Source of the DNA: a virus
Strand: one strand, 5' to 3'
IMG/VR virus record: IMGVR_UViG_3300020411_000003
Length of the DNA stretch: 64,000 nt
Shown piece after piece: positions 59,311-64,000 of this stretch. Position numbers and translations under genes: made by a program. Position 1 is the stretch's first letter, and each line of letters begins with the position of its first letter. The notes beneath the pieces are model-generated. The model had not been told where the DNA came from. It searched no databases and worked only from the letters and a program-made list of their open reading frames with translations.

Positions 59311-59491
59311 GGGGTGGGAGGTAGGAATTATGTGTACCTACAAGTACAGGGCATTTCTACATAAGTAAATTTTTACTGTACTGCATGAGTCCTGTCTGGT
59401 TGGACAGTTCTGTTGTTGCCAACAGCGAGCACCACCTCTGACTCATCACCTTAACTAGACCATTGCCAGCAAGTTTAATTCAGTCACTCCC
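59311..59491 (-). ncRNA. highly structured RNA in the gp32 leader, tentatively manA-motif-like
   Basis: Multiple stems (GAGTC/GACTC, CTGTTG-GCAA-CAACAG, CTGTC/GACAG, AGTACAG/CTGTACT, GTAGG/CCTAC, GGGAG/CTCCC) and a TTATGT/ACATAA pseudoknot; family name from recall only. Confidence 0.65.
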
Positions 59492-59517
59492 GTGTCAGGT
59501 AGCTAACCCGACATTTA

Positions 59518-59548
59518 TATTTATAGCACGGTCAGGAACCTTTGTCAA
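59518..59548 (-). promoter_or_regulatory. overlapping TTGACA-17-TATAAA and late TATAAATA promoter
   Basis: Read directly. Confidence 0.75.
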
Positions 59549-59879
59549 GCTTTTCAACATGGTTTCTGTAAGATGTTACTTTCTTTAATAGATCGTCAAA
59601 CATGTCTATAACATTCATGTTTGGATCTCCACCAAGCAACAGTGCTGCTTGCTTCATGTTCTCTTTGATAGACTCTGCATCTGGATCATCAGACAATCTA
59701 ACACGGGTATAAAAGATCTTCTGTTTTTCTATCAACTGAGTTAGTGCATCGAAATATTCTAGTTGTTGTTCCTTCTTCAAGAGTGGAAGGTTCATAGCAG
59801 ATTTGAAACAGAACTCTTGGAGAACTGTCATCTCTTGGATCGTACCACGTACTAGTTCGGACTGAAAGAATTTACCCAT
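59532..59879 (-). CDS. DUF1825-like conserved cyanophage protein
   Basis: FFQSELVRGTIQEM...LIEKQKIFYTRVRLSDDPDA. Confidence 0.75.
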   Translation of the reverse strand: MGKFFQSELVRGTIQEMTVLQEFCFKSAMNLPLLKKEQQLEYFDALTQLIEKQKIFYTRVRLSDDPDAESIKENMKQAALLLGGDPNMNVIDMFDDLLKKVTSYRNHVEKLDKGS

Positions 59880-60133
59880 TAGACTAAAAGTAATTTTGCT
59901 CTTGATGTTTTCTTGATAAAGTTTAACTTCTGTGCTTCATATTTAATCTTTTCTTTCAATGGTTTGGACAGTAGTTTCGGTACGGATTCTACTTCAATTT
60001 CATTCACTTCACAGAAATGTAGAACTGCATCAATGTAGTTCATATCTACATTGTGGACAGCAATCTTCTCAACTTCCTGCGAAAATTTTGCAGGTGTCAT
60101 AAATTTATCCTCTAGTAATTTTGATTTATCCAT
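59879..60133 (-). CDS. gp33: late promoter transcription co-activator gp33
   Basis: MNYIDAVLHFCEVNEIEVESVPKLLSKPLKEKIKYEA. Confidence 0.9.
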   Translation of the reverse strand: MDKSKLLEDKFMTPAKFSQEVEKIAVHNVDMNYIDAVLHFCEVNEIEVESVPKLLSKPLKEKIKYEAQKLNFIKKTSRAKLLLV

Positions 60134-60800
60134 ACTTGTCTTGGTACTCGCTTCGGTATTGTATTAGTTTTAAGAGAAACTCCTTCTTCGGTGGAAGCAC
60201 CTTGACTTGGGTCTCACCGTTTTCACATGCAACAATAGTCACGAGTTGTTTAACAGTTATACCATAAATCTCCTGTAAACAGCAAGCATATGCTGTCTCT
60301 TGGACATAATAATCGTAAAGATATTGTTCTCTCTTTGGTTCAGCAGCAGTTTTAAAGTCTATGATAGATAGTACTCCATCAAAATCAGCGATACAATCTA
60401 CACGACCAGCTATTTCTAAATGATCTGAGTATAATGCTGCTTCTTGTAAGAATATATTATTTATTCTATCTAGTACATGCTTACTATGCTGAAACATAAC
60501 CACAGGTAGTGGAGATTCTTTGTATGAATCTATATCTAATCTATTATTAAAGTAGTCTTCAACAATAGAATGATACGTAGTACCTCTAGTAGTTGAACGC
60601 TTACAGATAGCATCTGCTTTAGCGTTACCTATCTTTGCTCTCCACTTAGCAATGCCTGCTTTCTTAGCAGCGTTGTTGCTAATGACTGTAGTGATAGAAG
60701 GATAGTTCCTCCCATAGGGAGTGGAGTATAACCTCCTACCATCTATCATCTTAGCTTCCATATGGATGGGACTAATGCCATCCCTGTGGTTAAAAATCAT
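60126..60800 (-). CDS. PD-(D/E)xK exonuclease
   Basis: YPSITTVIS, RGTTYH, AGRVDCIA, IIDFKTA, QETAYA. Confidence 0.9.
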   Translation of the reverse strand: MIFNHRDGISPIHMEAKMIDGRRLYSTPYGRNYPSITTVISNNAAKKAGIAKWRAKIGNAKADAICKRSTTRGTTYHSIVEDYFNNRLDIDSYKESPLPVVMFQHSKHVLDRINNIFLQEAALYSDHLEIAGRVDCIADFDGVLSIIDFKTAAEPKREQYLYDYYVQETAYACCLQEIYGITVKQLVTIVACENGETQVKVLPPKKEFLLKLIQYRSEYQDKYG

Positions 60801-61546
60801 AATCCTAATGACATTTTACTAATGAGATAGGACTTGATTAATCCAGAACGAACGATATCATTCACTCCGAATTCTATCATAGAAAACTCTTCCATGTTCT
60901 CAAGGATACGTTGGAAGTCTATGATACCATTCCTTTCTTTGTCTCTAGTTAAGTCTGTCTGATTTACATCACCACAGAACATAATCTTAGAGTCTTGACC
61001 AACACGAGTCATAATAGAATCTAACTCGTGGAAGTTAAGGTTCTGGCACTCATCCACTATGATAATAGAATTATCTAATGTTGTACCACGTAGGAAAGAT
61101 GTAGACCAAAATGATATGGTCTCTTGATGTTTAAGATTCTCATAAAGCATCTCGAATGATGCATCATCAGGCATTTCAAACATCGACTGAACCATATTCT
61201 TATATGGTATCTGATAAAGAAGAGACTTGTCTTCATGATCTCCTGGTAAGAAACCAATCTCTCTTGTTGCTACAAGAGACCTAACAATATAAACTTTATC
61301 AAATGGTGTGAAGTCACTTAGTACATCCTTAAGTGCAAGGTACAATGCAATGAATGTTTTACCTGTACCTGCTGCACCATAAGCAAAGATGTTTTTATCT
61401 TCACTCCATTCTTTAAAGAACCCCTGTTGATTCTCAGTAAGGGGTTGGATGTCTGTCATGTAAGATGAATCAATAGGTTTCCTACGTCTCATCTGTCGCT
61501 TAGACATACCACTAGGTACTGGAACCTTTGGTTTACGTCCTGCCAT
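60797..61546 (-). CDS. phoH: PhoH-family ATPase
   Basis: GAAGTGKT, IGFLPGD, FLRGTTL, DECQN, CGDVNQTDL. Confidence 0.95.
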   Translation of the reverse strand: MAGRKPKVPVPSGMSKRQMRRRKPIDSSYMTDIQPLTENQQGFFKEWSEDKNIFAYGAAGTGKTFIALYLALKDVLSDFTPFDKVYIVRSLVATREIGFLPGDHEDKSLLYQIPYKNMVQSMFEMPDDASFEMLYENLKHQETISFWSTSFLRGTTLDNSIIIVDECQNLNFHELDSIMTRVGQDSKIMFCGDVNQTDLTRDKERNGIIDFQRILENMEEFSMIEFGVNDIVRSGLIKSYLISKMSLGL

Positions 61547-61547
61547 A

Positions 61548-61808
61548 TTACTTACCCCACTGATAACCACGACGGTCGAAACCTTTATCGACCTTACCTA
61601 CTCTTCCAATAACATCTTTCCAACCTGGATGAGTCTTGCTCATTTTATCACGCCAGTCACCCACCTCTGCAATATCAGCAGCACAACCTGCTTGCCAATC
61701 TTTATCCCAATCAGGATTCTCCTTCCTCCATTCATCGTAGGCTTTCATTGTCATAGAGAGTTCTTTCTTCTCTCCAGTTTTTAGATTTTTTACTGGATAT
61801 GTTGGCAT
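61548..61808 (-). CDS. FmdB-like conserved cyanophage protein
   Basis: MPTYPVKNLKTGEKKEL...WRKENPDWDKDW. Confidence 0.75.
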   Translation of the reverse strand: MPTYPVKNLKTGEKKELSMTMKAYDEWRKENPDWDKDWQAGCAADIAEVGDWRDKMSKTHPGWKDVIGRVGKVDKGFDRRGYQWGK

Positions 61809-61809
61809 A

Positions 61810-62448
61810 TTATTTCCACTCCAATGCTTCAGATACTATAGGGAACTGTTCAACAAAGATAGATCTAACCATCTCTGCTATCTCCATGTGTTCCTTCTGG
61901 GTTCCATGTGCAGACCGTAGATCTATGTAGTGTACCCATGAACGAACACTACCTGTCATATATAACCGAGTCGGTGTAGCGAGAGGTAGTACAAACCGAG
62001 CACATTCTTTTGCAATTCCTGCATGCAACATCTTCTTATAGAGATCAATACTAGCATCAAATTGCTTTCGCATCTCTATATTAAATGTCTCCACCACTTT
62101 AGGATCAACATCATCAACAGAGTTCTGTCTGTTCTTTAGATCTTGACTGCGTAATGCTGGCAATGGAATATCTTCTCTAATATGAGAGACATCTGCATAC
62201 CGTTGTGAAAATTCTTGATATGTGAACGACCTATGACGAAGGATTTGAGCTGCCAGTCCTCTGGTAGTCTCGATCTCCACTGTCATGTGTGCCTGTTCGA
62301 AAACGGACCAGTGACCATGCTTTATGCAATACTTTAGCAATCCACTCACGTTTGGATTGTCTTGGTTGTTTGGGTTGCTGACTCTCGCCACGTAACCCAT
62401 CGTTTCCTCCGCTTTGGGAGTCACTGTTATTAGTCTCACTTGTTGCAT
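61810..62448 (-). CDS. thyX: flavin-dependent thymidylate synthase
   Basis: HGHWSVFEQA, QILRHRSFTYQEFSQRY, ECARFVLP, TQKEH. Confidence 0.95.
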   Translation of the reverse strand: MQQVRLITVTPKAEETMGYVARVSNPNNQDNPNVSGLLKYCIKHGHWSVFEQAHMTVEIETTRGLAAQILRHRSFTYQEFSQRYADVSHIREDIPLPALRSQDLKNRQNSVDDVDPKVVETFNIEMRKQFDASIDLYKKMLHAGIAKECARFVLPLATPTRLYMTGSVRSWVHYIDLRSAHGTQKEHMEIAEMVRSIFVEQFPIVSEALEWK

Positions 62449-62587
62449 AATTTTTTTTCTTCAGTGATTTTCTTATAAGTTTTGCGTACTGCACTTCGTA
62501 GTCAGTATACCACGTCGGATGCTTCTTTGCAAGCTTTATAATTTTCTTTGCTGTTTTCCTTGTATCTTTTCGTTCTTCTTCTTTCAT
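62231..62587 (-). CDS. basic hypothetical protein; only the N-terminal ~45 aa are convincing
   Basis: KKIIKLAKKHPTWYTDYEVQYAK; the C-terminal part overlaps thyX by about 220 nt. Confidence 0.5.
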   Translation of the reverse strand: MKEEERKDTRKTAKKIIKLAKKHPTWYTDYEVQYAKLIRKSLKKKNYATSETNNSDSQSGGNDGLRGESQQPKQPRQSKREWIAKVLHKAWSLVRFRTGTHDSGDRDYQRTGSSNPSS

Positions 62588-62590
62588 CTA

Positions 62591-62752
62591 CTAGTCTGGA
62601 TATCCATCGTCGTCATCAATTGATGTCAATCCTACCTTAAGGAAATCAGAATCTTTCATATAAGACTGAGGATCTGAATAAACCTCAGCTTCCAAGCAGT
62701 CCACTAGACTCTTCATGTTTTTGACAATCAATTTAAGTTTTTCTTTATCCAT
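62591..62752 (-). CDS. small acidic protein (53 aa, MDKEKLKLIVKNMKSLVDCLEAEVYSD...DDDDGYPD)
   Basis: Manual translation; ATAAATA upstream. Confidence 0.7.
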   Translation of the reverse strand: MDKEKLKLIVKNMKSLVDCLEAEVYSDPQSYMKDSDFLKVGLTSIDDDDGYPD

Positions 62753-62804
62753 ATAGGTTCTCCTTTAATATATTTATCGTAGCATAAAGAAGAGACTTTT
62801 TCAA

Positions 62805-62860
62805 CAAAAAAATCCAGGAAAAAATTTTCCTGGATTCATTGAAATCAAAACTGATTTTTG
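62805..62860. repeat. palindromic element ATCCAGG-AAAAAATTTT-CCTGGAT, related to the 56418 element
   Basis: Same loop and flanks, different stem. Confidence 0.6.
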
Positions 62861-62866
62861 ATTTTA

Positions 62867-63007
62867 CTATGCTGTTACTAACTTTTTAGCAACTTTGATA
62901 CCACGATACATTAGTTCGTAGTTTCTTTCCTTTTGAGCTTCGTCAAGGATTAACTTGCGATACTCTTCAGTGTCGTACTTGACACCACGGTAAGTGACTT
63001 GTGCCAT
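62867..63007 (-). CDS. DUF4278 protein (46 aa)
   Basis: MAQVTYRGVKYD...LMYRGIKV; GAGGA SD; start moved from the track's 63058. Confidence 0.8.
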   Translation of the reverse strand: MAQVTYRGVKYDTEEYRKLILDEAQKERNYELMYRGIKVAKKLVTA

Positions 63008-63038
63008 TGGCTTTTCCTCAGTAGTAGGGTGGATGAGA

Positions 63039-63228
63039 CCCGTTCCTTCAGTCGGCATTTGCGTCCCAGCAACCTAGATGATATGTCTCCTCGATCACGA
63101 CCTGAACAATCTCAGCTCGTAACTCTTCCCTCATCTCATAATTGTTCTGAACATTATCGACTAAGCGATAAGCATCAGCACATGAGAGAGTGGCAGCAAT
63201 AACAGCTAGGTGAAACATAGGATGAACG
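63039..63228 (-). ncRNA. glutamine-II (Downstream-peptide)-like riboswitch, copy 2, with a 149-nt loop
   Basis: CGTTCA-TCCTA...TGGGA-CGCAAATGCCGACTGAAGGAACGGG upstream of DUF4278. Confidence 0.7.
63048..63218 (-). CDS. 56-aa ORF nested in riboswitch copy 2 (MFHLAVIAATLSCADA...GCWDANAD)
   Basis: Manual translation; 171 nt open from ATG to TGA. Confidence 0.65.
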   Translation of the reverse strand: MFHLAVIAATLSCADAYRLVDNVQNNYEMREELRAEIVQVVIEETYHLGCWDANAD

Positions 63229-63230
63229 AT

Positions 63231-63275
63231 CCGTTCCGTGTCGGCTTACTTGCGCTCTGTGTAACAGAGTGAACG
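63231..63275 (-). ncRNA. glutamine-II-like riboswitch, copy 1 (compact)
   Basis: CGTTCA-CTCTG-TTACA-CAGAG-CGCAAGTAAGCCGACACGGAACGG. Confidence 0.7.
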
Positions 63276-63278
63276 TAA

Positions 63279-63311
63279 TGTCATGATAACATGACAAAAT
63301 TATTTAGTCAA
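63279..63311 (-). promoter_or_regulatory. promoter TTGACT-17-TATCAT, with palindrome TGTCATG-N4-CATGACA over the -10 box
   Basis: Predicted start site falls at the 5' end of riboswitch copy 1. Confidence 0.7.
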
Positions 63312-63347
63312 GTGTATCTGTGTATTCTGATACATTTTAAGGATGTT

Positions 63348-63557
63348 TTAACAATCTCTGTCTTCTATAAAATCTGGACATAACATAGCACCTGCAAGTT
63401 CTCTTGCTTTAGGGTTGTTGTCACACAATTTATTCATCCAGATCCTCTCGTCGAGAGAGACCTCACCATCAGTGGACATCATTCTACAACAAATATCAGT
63501 GAGTTGCAACTGGTATTTGTTGCTTAACTTGTTGGATGGCTGCAGGAAGGAGAGCAT
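63348..63557 (-). CDS. conserved small cyanophage protein (start uncertain)
   Basis: LSNKYQLQLTDICCRM...VSLDERIWMNKL. Confidence 0.6.
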   Translation of the reverse strand: MLSFLQPSNKLSNKYQLQLTDICCRMMSTDGEVSLDERIWMNKLCDNNPKARELAGAMLCPDFIEDRDC

Positions 63558-64000
63558 ATTCTTTACGTTGAATTTTAGGGGTTAATGTTTCGACTGTATC
63601 ATCTGGTTCAATAGGTACTTCATATTGAAGGATGACTTCACCTGCGTCTAACTCTTCATTAACATAATGAACAGTACAACCAGTGACTTTATCACCTGCT
63701 TCCAATGCTTGTTCGACAGCATGGAGTCCTTTATATTTTGGAAGCAGTGATGGGTGTAGATTAATTATTCTATTGGGAAATGCTTTGATAAAATCAGGTG
63801 ATACCACCCTCATATATCCAGCAAGAACAATAAGATCTACTCTCCATGCTTTCATTAACTGAATGATCTGGTCTTCATTCTTATGAGAAATATAACAATG
63901 AGGAACACCAAACTTCTCTGCTTTCTTAGCAGCACCACACTCTTTCTTGTTGTGTATCATCAACACAACTTCATCTTCCCAACATGACCTTAGAATATTC
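63496..64000 (-). CDS. purN: phosphoribosylglycinamide formyltransferase, 5' end outside the window
   Basis: DLIVLAGYMR, IINLHPSLLPKYKG, TGCTVHYVNEELDAG; frame open to the window edge. Confidence 0.95.
   Translation of the reverse strand, partial: NILRSCWEDEVVLMIHNKKECGAAKKAEKFGVPHCYISHKNEDQIIQLMKAWRVDLIVLAGYMRVVSPDFIKAFPNRIINLHPSLLPKYKGLHAVEQALEAGDKVTGCTVHYVNEELDAGEVILQYEVPIEPDDTVETLTPKIQRKEYALLPAAIQQVKQQIPVATH

Noticed and set aside
60126-60800. Cas4 as sign of a CRISPR system
   Set aside because: Ordinary phage PD-(D/E)xK exonuclease in conserved synteny between phoH and gp33; no cas genes or array
62999-63202. Plus-strand 67-aa ORF
   Set aside because: Antisense to the riboswitch and nested ORF; no support
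63313-63334. NtcA box upstream of the riboswitch locus
   Set aside because: GTA-to-TAC spacings are N6 and N14, not the canonical N8; kept only as an unassigned palindrome

Overview
This 64-kb window comes from an AT-rich, T4-like marine cyanomyovirus; pebS, cp12, two cpeT-like genes, phoH, purN and thyX suggest a Prochlorococcus or marine Synechococcus host. Almost all genes are on the minus strand. Layout from left to right: (1) 1-8.4 kb, early/accessory genes: small ORFs, three 2OG-Fe(II) oxygenases and a methyltransferase-HNH-methyltransferase cassette, driven by sigma70-like promoters, three of them with an upstream palindrome. (2) 8.3-36.3 kb, tail-fibre module: chaperone, three collar-domain proteins and a 6610-aa structural protein with recursively nested repeats. 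(3) 36.3-39.9 kb, RNA island: tRNA-Leu/Arg/Ile2/Thr, a circularly permuted two-piece tmRNA, an HNH, two CpeT-like lyases and an outer-membrane beta-barrel. (4) 39.9-56.4 kb, baseplate/hub/tail genes: gp5-like, cp12, two tape-measure-like paralogs, gp51, gp26, gp54-like, gp4, gp2, gp48, gp53. (5) 56.4-64 kb, pebS, gp32, gp33, exonuclease, phoH, thyX, a DUF4278 gene behind tandem glutamine-II-like riboswitches, and a partial purN. Strongest unexplained signals: a -1 frameshift cassette (U-UUU-UUC plus hairpin) that would fuse gp26 to gp51 directly upstream of the tape-measure-like genes; a phage two-piece tmRNA with a non-host tag, next to two ORFs whose stop codons lie inside tRNAs; a 56-codon ORF occupying the loop of a riboswitch aptamer; nested domain insertion in the giant protein; and an ADP-ribosyltransferase-like motif in a virion protein. 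No searches or folding programs were run: family calls rest on motif recognition and structures on manual base-pairing.
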